Shown here: one piece after another, positions 12,002-24,587 of the stretch
Layout: each line of letters opens with the position of its first letter
How positions within the stretch are numbered: position 1 is the first letter of the stretch
Source of the DNA: Chrysemys picta bellii
Taxonomy: Eukaryota
DNA length: 63,845 bases
Assembly (NCBI RefSeq): GCF_011386835.1
Contig: NC_088807.1
Coordinates: 23,188,001 to 23,251,845 of the forward strand
Reading direction: 5' to 3'
Made by a program: the position numbers and the translations under genes
The notes under the pieces: model-generated
The model's input: the letters and a program-made list of their open reading frames with translations, nothing else
The model's database searches: none
Told to the model about the DNA's origin: nothing

Positions 12002-13007
12002 TGTCACGGAGTCACGGGGCGATGCTCTGGGACTGCTCCCTACGAAGCCAGGCAGGACTCGGGGGGGAGCCTCGTCTCTCGGCGCAGACTGTCCCCGGGC
12101 AAGAAGCTGCCACAGCTTCCACCGTCCTGGGTCTGACCCCGTTGCATTCAGCATCCCCGTCCCCCCGTGCGCGTCCCGCAGCGAGTCCATCCGGGGGGGG
12201 GGTGTCCTGGGGCAGCCAGAGGGTCTTGCCCCCCAACTCCGCAGTCAGACGTGACTCTCAGCCGGCCGGGAACACAGAAGGTTTATTAGCCGACAGGAAC
12301 AGCCCAAAAAGAGCTTGTGGGTACAGAGACCAGGACCCCTCAGTCTGGTCCATGTTGGGGCAGGGAGGCCAGAGTCCCATCTGGCCCCCCTCCATTTCCC
12401 CAGCCAGCTCCAAACTGACCCCCCCGCCCCAGCCCCTCCTCTGGCCTTTGTCTCTTTCCCAGGCCAGGAACCACCTGATCTCTTTGTTCTCCAACACCTT
12501 CAGTTGTCACTTGCAGGGGAGGGGCCCAGGCCACCGGTTACCAGGAGACAGGGCGTCAACCCTTCTCTGTGCAGACACCATCACATCACACCCCCTTATC
12601 CCACCACCTAGACACTTGAGAAATTGTGACGGAGCAGGGAGTGGGGCGGATTGGCCTGGGAATGTCTCTAGTTTTGCTGGGAGTGTCTGCATGGGGGATG
12701 GGAGAGCAGGAGGTGACTTCCCTTGAGCCAGGATCCCTGAGCCTGTAACCTGAGCTGGGAGGGGGGTTGGGCCACGTGACACCTTGCGCCCGGGAAATTG
12801 GACAAAGGTGTCACCTGGCCCCACCCGCCCTCCCGGCTCGGGTTACAGGCTCAGGTATCGTCGCCATGCAGACAGTCCCAGCAAAACTAGAGACATTCCC
12901 AGGTCAGTCCGCCCCGCTCCCTGCTCCGTCACAGAAATGCACAGGGGAAACTGAGGCACCAACACAGTATTCAGAGAAAAATGTAAGAACATGCCCACTT
13001 CGTCGCA
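12002..13007 (-). mobile_element. Solo LTR specific to FUT unit 1
   Basis: TG..CA termini; 5-bp TSD AGCCC (11997-12001, 13008-13012); empty site in the paralogous segment near 37410. Confidence 0.85.
12625..12933. mobile_element. 309-bp fold-back element with long TIRs
   Basis: TGTGACGGAGCAGGGAG..CTCCCTGCTCCGTCACA; arms complementary over most of their length; 5-bp TSD GAAAT (12620-12624, 12934-12938). Confidence 0.75.
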
Positions 13008-13329
13008 AGCCCCCTGCCCTGCTCCCCGCAGCCCAGCGCCCCCCGGTGCTACAATCTGGCATCGGGGCCAACTCTGACCCCTAGGGGAGAGCGCCTCCTG
13101 CTGGGATCCCCCTCTCCCTACACCCCAGCGCGCTGACACCCAGTGGCCACTTGGGACAGCGCGTGACACGTCCATACGTGCTGCCGCCTCCGTATTGTCC
13201 CAGCCGCCCCAGGCCCTCGGCCGCGCGGGGAGGAAAGCGACAGGCGAGGGCCTGGGAGAGCCCAGAGAGCTGAGAGCTGCCTGTGAGCAGATCCTCGGCT
13301 TTGTAACGGCCAGAGCCTGGAGAGCGAGG

Positions 13330-13860
13330 GATGGGGGTGTATGGGGCTAGCTAGGGGGGGCTATGGGGATAATGGGGGGGCTGTGGGGCTATGTAACGGC
13401 CAGAGCCTGGAGAGCGAGGGATGGGGGTGTATGGGGCTAGCTAGGGGCTATGGAGGTAGCTGGGGGCTATTGGGGTAGAGGGGCTATGGGGCTAGCTGGG
13501 GGGGCTATGGGGATAATGGGGGGGCTGTGGGGCTATGTAACGGCCAGAGCCTGGAGAGCGAGGGATGGGGGTGTATGGGGCTAGCCGGGGGCTATGGGAG
13601 TAGCTAGTGGGGGCTTTGAGGATAATGGGGGCTATGGGGGTAGCTAAACTGGGCTATGGGGCTATTGGGGTAGAGGGGCTATGGGGCTAGCTAGCGGACC
13701 CAAGGGGGGTAGATGGGAGTTATGGGGCTAGCTAGAAGGGGCTATGGGGAAAGATGGGGGCTATGGTGGTAGCTAGAGGGGGATATGGGGATCATGGGGG
13801 ACTATGGGGGTAGCTAACTGGGGGCTATCGGGGAATGTGGGGGGGTTATGGGGGTAACTA
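13330..13860. repeat. GGGGCTATGGGG degenerate minisatellite
   Basis: Direct reading; shorter paralog at 22425-22540. Confidence 0.8.
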
Positions 13861-13907
13861 GACGACACATGACTGCAGGGGATGGAGCTGGGTAGAGCTT
13901 GATCACT

Positions 13908-14604
13908 CCGTACAGCCCCGGGGAGACCCCGCTTCGGTGTGACAGCCCCCCCACAAGGATCACCCTCCTTCTCCGGGGTTAGGCTCTCTGGCCCCGCCAC
14001 CTCCTGGGGCCGCACCTCGGAGCCTCCAGCCCGCCTGGCTCCTTCCGTGAGCCCACTTGGGGGGTCCCCTCACCCTGCCCCCCCCCAGGGCCACCACCCC
14101 CAGAGGAAGTGATCCCCCCGATCTCCAGCCTGCAGGGACTCTCAGCCGGCGTAAAACAGGAGGTTTGTTGTACGGCTGAACCCAGCCCAGGCAGTTCTCA
14201 GGGGCCTGGGGCCTGGCCAGTCTCAGCCCCGTCCAGCTGGGTCTGTCCAGTTGGGGTCCAGACCCCTCTTCATCTCCAGTCCAGAGCGAGCTCCTTGCAG
14301 CCGACCCCCCATATCACCTCCCCACAGCCCCTCCTCCGTCCTGTGTCTTTGGTCCCATGCAAACCCATCACCGGGCTCCTCTCTCGGCCGTCCTTTGTGC
14401 TCCCAGTGGCCTGAACCCGGCAGGCTCCCGGGTCATCGGTCGCTACGTTACCCAGTGTCCAGGCTGCAGGGTGAGGTCACATCTGGGCCTCTGCGAATAC
14501 AGCACCCCTCCCCCACCGCCTGGTTAAACATGCAGCACAGGGGGGAAACTGAGGCACGAACAGCACTTAGACAAAGCATCCAACCCCCCCACCACTTCAT
14601 CACA
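13908..14604 (-). mobile_element. Solo LTR shared by both FUT units (left end deleted in unit 1)
   Basis: Near-identical to 22752-23483; ends CACTTCATCACA. Confidence 0.75.
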
Positions 14605-15158
14605 GGGAGTGAGGGGCACCGGCAGGGCAGGGGGGGGCAGGGCTGGGCTAGCAGGGGGCTGCGGTTGGGAGTGAGCGGCACCGGCGGGGCTGGGGGGAGC
14701 CCAGGTCAGGGGTACCAGGGGCTGCGGGTGGGAGTGAGAGGCACCGGCGGGGCTGGGCTAGCAGGGGGCTGCGGGTGGGAGTGAGGGGCACCGGCGGGGC
14801 TGGGCTAGCAGGGGGCTGCGGGTGGGAGTGAGGGGCACCGGCGGGGCTGGGGGGGAGCCCAGGTCGGGGGTACCAGGGGCTGCGGGTGGGAGTGAGGGCA
14901 GAGCCCCTATGGCCACATGAGGCCCAGCTGCAGCCCCCGCCAGCCTGGGTGATGCCTCCCCCTCCCCCGCCAGCCTCAGGTGATGAGATCCTTCCTTCGC
15001 CCCCAGCGCCGCCCTGAGGCCAGCCCTGCCTGCCAGGACCCCTGACCTGTGGTCTGTGTGTGTCCCGGCACTGGGAGCCCATGTTTGGAGGAGAGCTCGG
15101 GGCGAGGACATGGCTCACCTGCGCGGTTCCACGTCTGGTCAGCTCAACACTGAGAGAT

Positions 15159-15164
15159 TTTATT
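15159..15164 (-). terminator. Candidate poly(A) signal of FUT copy A
   Basis: AATAAA on minus strand ~420 nt after the stop; conserved at 24089-24094 in copy B. Confidence 0.6.
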
Positions 15165-15584
15165 TGTCTCTTGTAACAAAACCGCATTCGCAAAACAGCT
15201 CAGAGTCATAGTCCTGGCGCACCTCCACCGCCCCGGGCCAGCATCCCTGGTCCCCTGAACTCACCATGGGAACTGGGGAGCGAACCCCGGAGTCCTGGCT
15301 CCCAGCCCCCCCTACTCTAACCACTAGACCCCACATCCCTCCCAGAGCCAGGGAGAGAACCCAGGAGTCCTGGCTCCCAGCCCCCCTGCTCTAACCACTA
15401 GACCCCACTCCCCTCCCAGAGCCAGGGAGAGAACCCAGGAGTCCTGGCCCACATACACCATCACTCTGAACATTCCTATCAGATCACTAGCACTGATGTA
15501 GGTCACTGGCTTGGGAATCCCAGGTGACCAGTGCTGGGCAGACCGGCCATGCAACGGTGGGTGGATCTTGTTGGCTGAGCTCCT

Positions 15585-16619
15585 TTAGCCAGAATTCCCG
15601 CTCCGCAGTGGGGAGAGATCGGCGTTGATCCCGATCCACTCGGGCAGGAAGGCGGCCTCAGGTTTGAAGAGCTGGAGGAAGGGAGAATCGGGGAGGGTGT
15701 AGTTGGCCAAGTAGATGGTTTCCCCACCGACCAGGTAACCGGCCCAGATGCCGAAGGTCCCGATGGTCATGATCGTGTGGTTGCAATGGGCCAAGAGAGC
15801 AAAGTCCCTCCCCGGCGACGACTCCTTCCCGTCCCCCGAGAAATACACGTCCCCCCGCGAGGCGTCGATGTTCTCCCGGCACCACTCCATCCCGTTGCTG
15901 GTCACCACGAAGACCGGCTCCTGGTACTTGGCCCGGAAGTAGCCCATGGCCTTCTCCAGGTAGGCCTTGTCCGCCACCACCCCCTTCCATTTCTCAGTCA
16001 TTACCCGGACGTAGTCCCCCCTCCGGACGTGGACACCCACATAGGTCACGTTCTGGCGCTGCCCACGCAGCCCGGCAAGGTACCGGTTGGCCTCCTCCTT
16101 GACGTGGTCGTGGAAGGAGAATTCCTGGAGGATCTCCTGCCGGAGGTGGTGGTAGAAGGTCCAGGAGCAGGGGTAGCCTGTAAGCCAGACGTATTTCCCC
16201 TCGATGTGCCTGTACTCCTCCGACATCCAGTCATGGAGCTCATAGTCCTTCCATTGGATCCTCAAAGCCCTGAATCTGGAGAGCACGGGCAGGGTGATGC
16301 GGAAGAGCGGCGCCAGCTGCCGGTGCATCTCAGGGAGGATGTAGGCCTGGTGTCCGTTCATCTTGGCCAGGGCGTAGAGGGTGGCGTATTCCCCCATCTG
16401 GTTCCCAAGACGCCCGGCGGAGTTCACGGTCCACATGCCCCGCTCCTTGGAGGAGGCAGATAGACTCTGCCCTGGGTTATTGAGCGAGGGGTTCCTCCAC
16501 CCCAGGATGGGGAACTGGCTGTCCAGGCATAATAAGGCAGAGGCCATCAGGATAACCAGCAGGCAAAGGGTGATGAAGAGGGATGGCCGGCAAGAGACCC
16601 AGATGTCCATTAGCTTCAT
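15585..16619 (-). CDS. FUT2: Galactoside alpha-1,2-fucosyltransferase, FUT2-like, copy A (344 aa, GT11)
   Basis: N-terminal TM anchor, [39 protein letters not shown] motifs; single coding exon with acceptor 35 nt upstream of ATG (16654). Symbol marks closest similarity; strict orthology to FUT1/FUT2/SEC1 not established. Confidence 0.95.
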   Translation of the reverse strand: MKLMDIWVSCRPSLFITLCLLVILMASALLCLDSQFPILGWRNPSLNNPGQSLSASSKERGMWTVNSAGRLGNQMGEYATLYALAKMNGHQAYILPEMHRQLAPLFRITLPVLSRFRALRIQWKDYELHDWMSEEYRHIEGKYVWLTGYPCSWTFYHHLRQEILQEFSFHDHVKEEANRYLAGLRGQRQNVTYVGVHVRRGDYVRVMTEKWKGVVADKAYLEKAMGYFRAKYQEPVFVVTSNGMEWCRENIDASRGDVYFSGDGKESSPGRDFALLAHCNHTIMTIGTFGIWAGYLVGGETIYLANYTLPDSPFLQLFKPEAAFLPEWIGINADLSPLRSGNSG

Positions 16620-16759
16620 GTCTCCAAGCAGCAGAGGGCAGGTGGAGTCCTGCCCTGTGGGGAGAGGGAGAAGGAACTTTAGACCCTCATTGATTGGTCT
16701 AAGTATTCAAAAGCTTAGTGACCATCTCCTGCTGGGATAAGAGGATCGGAGGATGGTTG

Positions 16760-18060
16760 GAGCGATGGGAAGGTGTGCTAGATAGCTGGGGGATGGGAAC
16801 ATAGGGAGGAGGAATGGCTGGGTGGGATGGTATGGCAGGTAGGTGGGTGGATGGAAGAGTGAGAAGACAGGGAGAAAAGGTGGTGGATGGATGGATGGGA
16901 AGATGGGAGGGTGGATGGATGGGAAGGTAGGGNNNNNNNNNNNNNNNNNNNNNNNNNNNNNNNNNNNNNNNNNNNNNNNNNNNNNNNNNNNNNNNNNNNN
17001 NNNNNNNNNNNNNNNNNNNNNNNNNNNNNNNNNNNNNNNNNNNNNNNNNNNNNNNNNNNNNNNNNNNNNNNNNNNNNNNNGGTGTGTGGACAGATGGGTG
17101 AGAAGGGAAGTTGGGTAGATTGATAGATGAATGGGTGGTTGGGTGGATGACTGGCAAGGTAGGGAGGGTGGATGTATGGATTGATTGGAAGATAGGGAGG
17201 GTGGATGGATGAATGGATGGATGGGAGATGTGTGGGTGTGTGGATGGATTGGTAAGAAGATAGAGAGGGAAGGTAGAGAGGGTGGATGGGTGGGTGGGTG
17301 GATGCATGGGAAGGTAGGGAGGGTGGATGGATGGGTCGGTGGGTGGATAAAAAGGAGGGAGGGTTGGTGGATGGATGGATGGGAAGGTAGGGATGGTGGA
17401 TGGTTGGGTAGGTGAGTGGATGGATGGATGGATCAATGGATGGATGGATGGATGGATGGATGGGAGATGTGTGGGTGTGTGGATGGATTGGTAAGAAGAT
17501 AGGGAGGGAAGGTAGAGAGGGTGGATGGATGGGTGGGTGGGTGGATGCATGGGAAGGTAGGGAGGGTGGATGGATGGAAGGTAGGGAGGGTGGATGGATG
17601 GGTTGGTGGGTGGATGAGAAGGAGGGAGGGTGGGTAGGTGAGTGGATGGATGGATGGGAGGTGTGTGGGTGTGTGGATGGATTGGAAAGAAGATAGGGCG
17701 GGAAGGTAGAGAGCGTGGGTGGGTGGGTGGATGCATGGGAAGGTAGGGAGGGTAGATGGGTGGGTGGGTGAGTATACGANNNNNNNNNNNNNNNNNNNNN
17801 NNNNNNNNNNNNNNNNNNNNNNNNNNNNNNNNNNNNNNNNNNNNNNNNNNNNNNNNNNNNNNNNNNNNNNNNNNNNNNNNNNNNNNNNNNNNNNNNNNNN
17901 NNNNNNNNNNNNNNNNNNNNNNNNNNNNNNNNNNNNNNNNNNNNNNNNNNNNNNNNNNNNNNNNNNNNNNNNNNNNNNNNNNNNNNNNNNNNNNNNNNNN
18001 NNNNNNNNNNNGGTGGATGGGTGGGAGGAAAGGTAGGTAGATGGATGGATGGATACCCCT
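16760..18060. repeat. GGAT/GGGT tract in FUT-A intron with two gaps (N 16933-17080, 17780-18011)
   Basis: Direct reading. Confidence 0.9.
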
Positions 18061-18166
18061 CATGAAATTCATCCATCCGCCCCCATATACATCCCCCTGC
18101 TAATCTCTCCTTCCACCGCCACCTAGTAACTGCACATGAACGATGTTAACACAGAGTTCCCATTAC

Positions 18167-18259
18167 CTGGCAACATCTCGGCCCTTCCAGAATGTGGAGA
18201 GAGGCTAAATACCAACCTTTGGAAAACCAAGCAAGGAAGAATTTATCGAGCGCAGACAT
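18167..18259 (-). other. Candidate 93-nt 5'UTR exon of FUT-A
   Basis: Acceptor CCTTGCTTTCAG and donor CAG|GTAATG; conserved in unit B at 27094-27186. Confidence 0.45.
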
Positions 18260-18652
18260 CTGAAAGCAAGGACATACTGAAATAAGGCAAGGGCCAGCCA
18301 AGCAAAGCTACCTTCACTCTGACCCTCTGCGGCTGGTAGCAGCCACTTGGAACTGCTCCGGGAAGCGTGGGTAGATTGATGGTTGGGTGTGGGGATAGCT
18401 GGATGGGTGGCCAGATAGCGGTTTGGGTGTGGGGATAGTTGTGTGGATAGATGGGTCATTAGCTAGATAAAGGGTTGGGTGTGGGTGGATGACGGATGGG
18501 TAGACAAATATAGGGTTGGGTATGGGGAAGAATGGAGGATGGATGGAAGGGTAGATAGAGGGATGGGTATGGGGAAAGATAGATGGACAGATGGATCAGT
18601 GGAGAGTTGGGTATGGGGAAGGATGGATGGGTGGAAGGGTAGATAGGGGGAT

Positions 18653-19816
18653 CATGATGTTGCACTCCATATGTTTATGGAAATATGCGTATGAGTTTAA
18701 ACATGATGTAACTGGAATATGCTTTATGCAAAAGGTCTCTTGTAAGGTATCATTACAAAGCTTATGATCTACTCAGGGTGTTCATCCCATTTGTATGAAC
18801 GTATCTTTCTTGTATCTAAAACTAGAAATATGAAGTATTACTCTGAGGTCCTATTGTAACTATGCAAAGCATGGTCCATTAATGGAATCTTGATGGCTCC
18901 CATTGACTAGGAAAATTGGTTGTGAATGGCTCTTTTTACTCACAAAACTTCCTGGTACGTGCCTGCCAACCCTGAAAGAATGGAGAATGAAGTCTTACAC
19001 TGACATGTGATCATGTCACCTGGTACTGGAATCCATCGTAAACCTGGTGCTTTTCCGTTTAGAAGGAGGGGTGGGGACCCAAAGAGACAAAGGATTCCCA
19101 CCTTGTGCCAAAGCTACAAAAGGGGATGGAACAGAACAAAGGGGGCTGCCAGTCATGAGAAATCCCCTAGTTACCACCTGAGCTGGAACTAACAAGGACT
19201 GTACCCGGGGAAGGGATGGGCCCAGACTAGGAAGGAGTCTAGTCTGTGAAAGAAGCTATTGGAACATCTCTGAGGGGGAGATTTTATCTGTATTCAGTTT
19301 CTTAATGTATTAGGCTCAGACTTGCGTGTTTTTGTTTTATTTTGCTTGGTAACTTACTTTGTTCTGTCTGTTATTACTTGAAACCACTTAAATCCTACTT
19401 TTTATACTCAATAAAATCACTTTTGTTTATTAATTGACCCAGAGTATGTATTAATACCTAGGGGAGCAAACAGCTGTGCATATCTCTCTATCAGTGTTAT
19501 AGAGGGCGGACAATTTATGAGTTTACCCTGAATAAGCTTTATACAGAGTAAAACAAATTTATTTGGGGTTTGGATCCCATTGGGAACTGGGTGTCTGGGT
19601 GCTGGAGATAGGTGACCTGTTAAGCAGTTTTCAGTTAAAGTCTGCAGCTTTAGGGGTGTGGACCAGACCTGGGTCTGTGTTGCAGCAGGCTGGTGTGTCT
19701 GGCTTAACAAGGCAGGGTTCTGGAGTCCCATGCTAGCAGTGGAAAACGGGCTCAGAGGTCATTCCAGCACGTCAGATGACAGTCCCAAGGGGGTCTCTGT
19801 GATGAAACCCGTCACA
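18653..19816 (+). mobile_element. Solo LTR in FUT-A intron
   Basis: Ends CCCGTCACA; internal AATAAA; same site occupied in unit B at 27588. Confidence 0.8.
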
Positions 19817-19819
19817 GAG

Positions 19820-21260
19820 GATGTGTAGGGGGATAGGCGGGTGGGTGGACAGATAGAGGGTTGGTTTCAGGGAAAGATGGATGGACAGATGGATCAGTAG
19901 AGAGATAGAGATTTGAATATGGGGAAGGATGGATGGATAGATAAAGAGGTGTGTACAGGGATGGGTGGGTGGATGGTAGAGTGGGTAGATAGATAGAGGG
20001 TTGGGTATGGGGAGGATGGTTGGGGAGATCAGTAAAGGGTAGGGTATGGGGAAGGATTGATGGATGGGCGGATGGATGGATGGGGATGAGTGTGTGAGGA
20101 GATGGGTGGGTAGATAGATAAAGGGTTTATATGGGGAAGGATGGATAGATGAGTAGATTGTTAAAGGGTTGGGTGTGGGTGGGTGGGTGGATGGATGGGT
20201 AGATAGAGGGGTGTGCAGGGGGTTGGGTGGGTAGAGAGATAGAGGGTTGGGTATGGGGAAGGATGGATGGACAGATGGATGGGCAGATAGATAAAGAGGT
20301 GTGTATGGGGATGGGGGGTGGATTGAGGTGTGGTAGATATATAGAAAGTTGATTATGGGGAAGAGTGGGTAGATGGGTGGCTGGAAGGGTAGGAGAGTGT
20401 GTGAGGAGATGGGTGGGTAGATAGAGGGCTCCTATCAGGATGGATGGGTGGGTGGATAGACTGACGGATGGGTGGGTGTGGGTGGGTGGATGGGTGGATG
20501 AGTAGACAGATAGAGGGTTGGGTATGGGGAAGAATGGATGGACAGGTAGCTAGAGGGGCGTGCAGAGGGAGGGGTGGGTAAATAGATAGCGGGTTCGTAT
20601 GGGGACTGATGTGTGGGTACATAGACAGAGGGTTGTTTATGGGAAAGATGGTTGGGTAGGAGGGTGGGTAGACTGATAATAGGTAGGGTATGGGGAAGGA
20701 TTGGGTGGGTGTGGGATGGATGGATGGATGGGTGGGTGGATGGATGGAAGGGTAGAGGAGTGTGGGAGGAGATGGGTGTGTAGACAGATAGAAGGTTCAT
20801 ACAGGGAAGGATGGGTGGGTGGGTAGACCGAAAAAGGGCTCGGTGGCGGTGGGTGGAGGGATGGACGGGGGACGAGATAGAGGATGGGGTATGGGGAAGG
20901 ATGGGTGAATGGATGGGTGCAGAGATAGATATGGAGGTGTGTATGGGAATGGGGGGTGGATGGATGGGTGGGTACATAGATGGAAGTTTGGTTATGGGGA
21001 AGAACGGGCAGATGGGTGGCTCGAAAGGTAGGAGACTATGTGAGGAGATGGGAGGTAGATAGAGGGATCAGATGGGGAAGGATGGGTGGATGGGTAGACC
21101 GATAGATAAAGAGGTGTGTATGGGGATGGGTGGGTGGGTGGATGGGGAGAAGGGTAGATGGGGGATGGGAGGATGGATGGATCGGGAGAAGCACACAAAG
21201 AGGAATGGGGATTGATAAGTGGGTGGGTGGGTGGGTGGGTGGGGTTATTTATGGCTAAAG
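19820..21260. repeat. GGAT/GGGTATGGGGAAGG composite tract
   Basis: Direct reading. Confidence 0.85.
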
Positions 21261-21362
21261 AGTTCAGTGTTGGGCTGGACGGACAGACGGCAGGAGGGGT
21301 CGGTATCTTTGTTCTGAGAGAGGCCAGGACATTTCTAGGCAGGGAATCTCCCCCCTTCTTAC

Positions 21363-21500
21363 CTTGCTGAGGTGGGTTTCGGGTCCGGGCACCAGGCGCG
21401 GCCGCACCTCTCTGCTTCTATTCGGTTTCCCTGGAAGGCTCCGTCTCCAACTGACGCGGCCTCACCCATTTGTTTCCTCTTGGACTTTTATCAGCGCTTA
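21363..21500 (-). promoter_or_regulatory. Candidate promoter / non-coding exon 1 of FUT-A
   Basis: Donor CAAG|GTAAG at 21363; clustered TGGACTTT (HNF4-like), TGATAA (21488-21493) and TGTTTA (FOX-like). Confidence 0.5.
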
Positions 21501-21855
21501 AACATTCATCCAGCCACCTGCTCCCGGGCATGACTCACCCTTTCGCGCTCCGCCCACCTCCCCGGCACACGCCCCAGGGACACACCATGGGGGCTTGCCA
21601 CGCCAGGCCAGGAGGGTGGGGAATGGGGGGTGGGAGTAGGGCCCAGCATGAAACAAGGGAACCAGGACCCCTGGGCTGGCTCTGTGGCTCGGGCAGGGGA
21701 GTGGGGTCTAGTGGTTAGAGCGGGGTGGGGGGGATGGGCTAGGAGGCAGGACTCCTGGGTTCTCTCCTCGGCTCCGGGACTGATTTTCACTGGATGTTCG
21801 GATGTTGAGGCCAGCGCTGACCGACCCACAGCGCCGTCGAAGGGCCGATTCAGAT

Positions 21856-21990
21856 GATTCCTGTTATTTACTGGGGCATCGTTCCAGGACGGGCGATTTC
21901 TCGCGGGGTCCGTGGCGGCTTCGTGGCCGATGGCTTCAGAATAAACTGCTGGTGTGGGCCAAACCTGCCCTGAGTGTCCTGGTCTCTGTG
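21856..21990 (+). other. Duplicated FGF21 3'UTR end with poly(A) signal (copy 2)
   Basis: Aligns to the reverse complement of 37620-37757; AATAAA at 21940-21945. Confidence 0.8.
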
Positions 21991-22751
21991 GGGGGACGGG
22001 TGCGATTTCTGGGTTGACGCAAAGTCCGGGGTGGAAAAGGGAGTTTGGGGCAGGACGAACTGGTGGAAATGTGGCCGGGGGCGGGATCAATATTGTGTCC
22101 AGGGACCCATCTCGTGCAATGCAACCCAGCGCCCCCAGGCGCCGCCCTTGGGACATTGAGGCCAGCTCTGACCCCTAGGGGAGAGCGCCTCCTGCTGGGA
22201 TCCCCCTCTCCCTACACCCCAGCGCGCTGACACCCAGTGGCCACTTGGGACAGCGCGTGACACGTCCACACGTGCTGCCACCTCCGTATTGTCCCAGCCG
22301 CCCCAGGCCCTCGGCCGCGCGGGGAGGAAAGCGACAGGCCGAGGGCCTGGGAGAGCCCAGAGAGCTGAGAGCTGCCTGTGAGCAGATCCATGGCTTTGTA
22401 ACGGCCAGAGCCTGGACAGGGAGGGATGGGGGTGTATGGGGCTAGCTAGGAGGGGCTATGGGGCTATCTGGGGGCTATGGGGCTATGGGGCTAGCTGGGG
22501 GGGCTATGGGGATAATTGGGGCCTATGGGGGTAGCTAGATCACAGATGACTGCAGGGAGTGGAGCTGGGTAGAGCTTGGAGACTTTGGCCACTAGGGGTC
22601 AGTGTCCCCCCCCCATGGGATCCCCAGCCGAAGTTACCAGCTGGAGTGTCCTGAACTCAGCTCCCCCGGGGTCAATCTGGGCTCACTCCCACCCCGGGAG
22701 GGGAATGGGGTCAGGGCTGGGCTGGGCTAGCAGGGGGCTGCGGGTCGAGCG

Positions 22752-23483
22752 TGTGATGGATTCCCAGGACCTGGGCTCCCTCGGCTCCGTACGGCCCCTG
22801 GGAGACCCCCCCCCTTCGGTGTGACAGCCCCCCCACAAGGATCACCCTCCATCTCCGGGGTTAGGCTCTCTGGCCCCGCCACCTCCTGGGGCCGCACCTC
22901 GGAGCCTCCAGCCCGCCTGGCTCCCTCCGTGAGCCCCCTTGGGGGGTCCCCTCACTCTGACCCCCCAGGGCCACCACCCCCAGAGAGAGCGACGCCCCTG
23001 ATCTCCAGCCTGCAGGGACTCTCAGCCGGCGTAAAACAGGAGGTTTGTTGTACGGCTGAACCCAGCCCAGGCAGTGCTCAGGGGCCTGGGGCCTGGCCAG
23101 TCTCAGCCCCGTACAGCTGGGTCTGTCCAGTTGGGGTCCAGACCCGTCTTCATCTCCAGTCCAGTGCGAGCTCCTTGCAGCCGACCCCCATATCACCTCC
23201 CCACAGCCCCTCCTTCGTCCTGTGTCTTTGGTCCCACGCAAACCCATCACCGGGCTCCTCTCTCGGCCGTCCTTTGTGCTCCCAGTGGCCTGAACCTGGC
23301 GGGCTCCCGGGTCATCGGTCGCTACGTTACCCAGTGTCCAGGCTGCAGGGTGAGGTCACATCCGGGCCTCTGCGAATACAGCACCCCTCCCCCACCGCCT
23401 GGTTAAACATGCAGCACACGGGGGAAACTGAGGCACAAACAGCACTTAGACAAAGCAGCCAACCTCCCCCCCACTTCATCACA
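22752..23483 (-). mobile_element. Solo LTR shared by both FUT units (complete copy)
   Basis: TGTGATGG..CATCACA termini; imperfect 5-bp TSD GAGCG / GAGAG. Confidence 0.8.
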
Positions 23484-23831
23484 GAGAGTGAGGGGCACCG
23501 GCGGGGCTGGGGGGAGCCCAGGTCAGGGGTACCAGGGGGCTGCAGGTGGGAGTGAGGGGCACCGGCGGGGCTGGGGGGAGCCCAGGTCGGGGGTACCAGG
23601 GGCTGCGGGTGGGAGTGAGGGCAGAGCCCCTATGGTCACATGAGGCCCAGCTGCAGCCCCCGCCAGCCTGGGTGATGCCTCCCCCTCCCCCGCCAGCCTC
23701 AGGTGATGAGATCCTTCCTTCGCCCCCAGCGCTGCCCTGAGGCCAGCACTGCCTGCCAGGACCCCTGACCTGTGGTCTGTGTGTGTCCCGGCACTGGGAG
23801 CCCATGTTTGCAGGGGAGCAGGGGGCAAGGA

Positions 23832-24023
23832 GAGCTCAGTGGTTTGAGCATTGGCCTGCTAATCCCAGGGCTGTGAGTTCAGTCCTTGAGGGGGCCACTC
23901 GGAGATCTGGGGCAAAATCAGTACTTGGTCCTGCTAGTGAAGGCAGGGGGCTGGGCTCAATGACCTTTCAAGGTCCCTTCCAGTTCTAGGAGATGGGATA
24001 TCTCCATCAATTATTATAATTAT
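23832..24023 (+). mobile_element. Tortoise-type tRNA-derived Pol III SINE, unit B specific
   Basis: AGCTCAGTGG A-box and GAGTTCAGTCC B-box head, CR1-like 3' part, AT tail; 15-bp TSD AGCAGGGGGC(A/G)AGGA; absent at the paralogous site near 15095. Confidence 0.9.
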
Positions 24024-24587
24024 AGCAGGGGGCGAGGACATGGCTCACCTGAGCGGTTCCGCGCCTGGCCAGGTCAACACAGAGCGATTTTATTTGTCTC
24101 TTATAACAAACCGCATTCGCAAAACAGCTCAGAGTCATAGTCCTGGCGCACCTCCACCACCCCGGGCCAGCATCCCTGGTCCCCTGAACTCACCACGGGA
24201 ACTGGGGAGCGAACCCCGAAGTCCTGGCTCCCAGCCCCCCCTGCTCTAACCACTAGACCCCACTCCCCTCCCAGAGCCAGGGAGAGAACACAGGAGTCCT
24301 GGCTCCCAGCCCCCCTGCTCTAACCACTAGACCCCACATCCCTCCCAGAGCCAGGGAGAGAGCCCAAGAGTCCTGGCTCCCAGCCCCCCTGCTCTAACCA
24401 CTAGACACCACTCCCCTCCCAGAGCCAGGGAGAGAACCCAGGAGTCCTGGCCCACATACACCATCACTCTGAACATTCCTATCAGATCACTAGCACTGAT
24501 GTAGGTCACTGGTTTGGGGATCCCAGGTGACGAGTGCTGGGCAGACCGGCCATGCAACGGTGGGTGGATCTTGTTGGCTGAGCTCCT

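Noticed and set aside
13075-13330. Exon-like segment as a possible IZUMO1 or other neighbouring-gene exon
   Set aside because: No recognisable homology in any frame; present three times as part of the duplicated flank.
15777-16463. 228-aa plus-strand ORF antisense to FUT-A (and 24780-25466 for FUT-B)
   Set aside because: Expected shadow of a GC3-rich coding sequence.
16699-18076. Long Pro/His/Ser-rich and Gly/Trp/Met-rich ORFs (also 25702-27076, 33484-34677, 258-806)
   Set aside because: Translations of GGAT/CCAT simple repeats that run across N gaps.
22587-22604. Forward CTCF site forming a convergent pair with the arrays
   Set aside because: Paralog of 36924-36941 but with a G-to-T change in the core and deleted in unit A; too weak to claim a loop.
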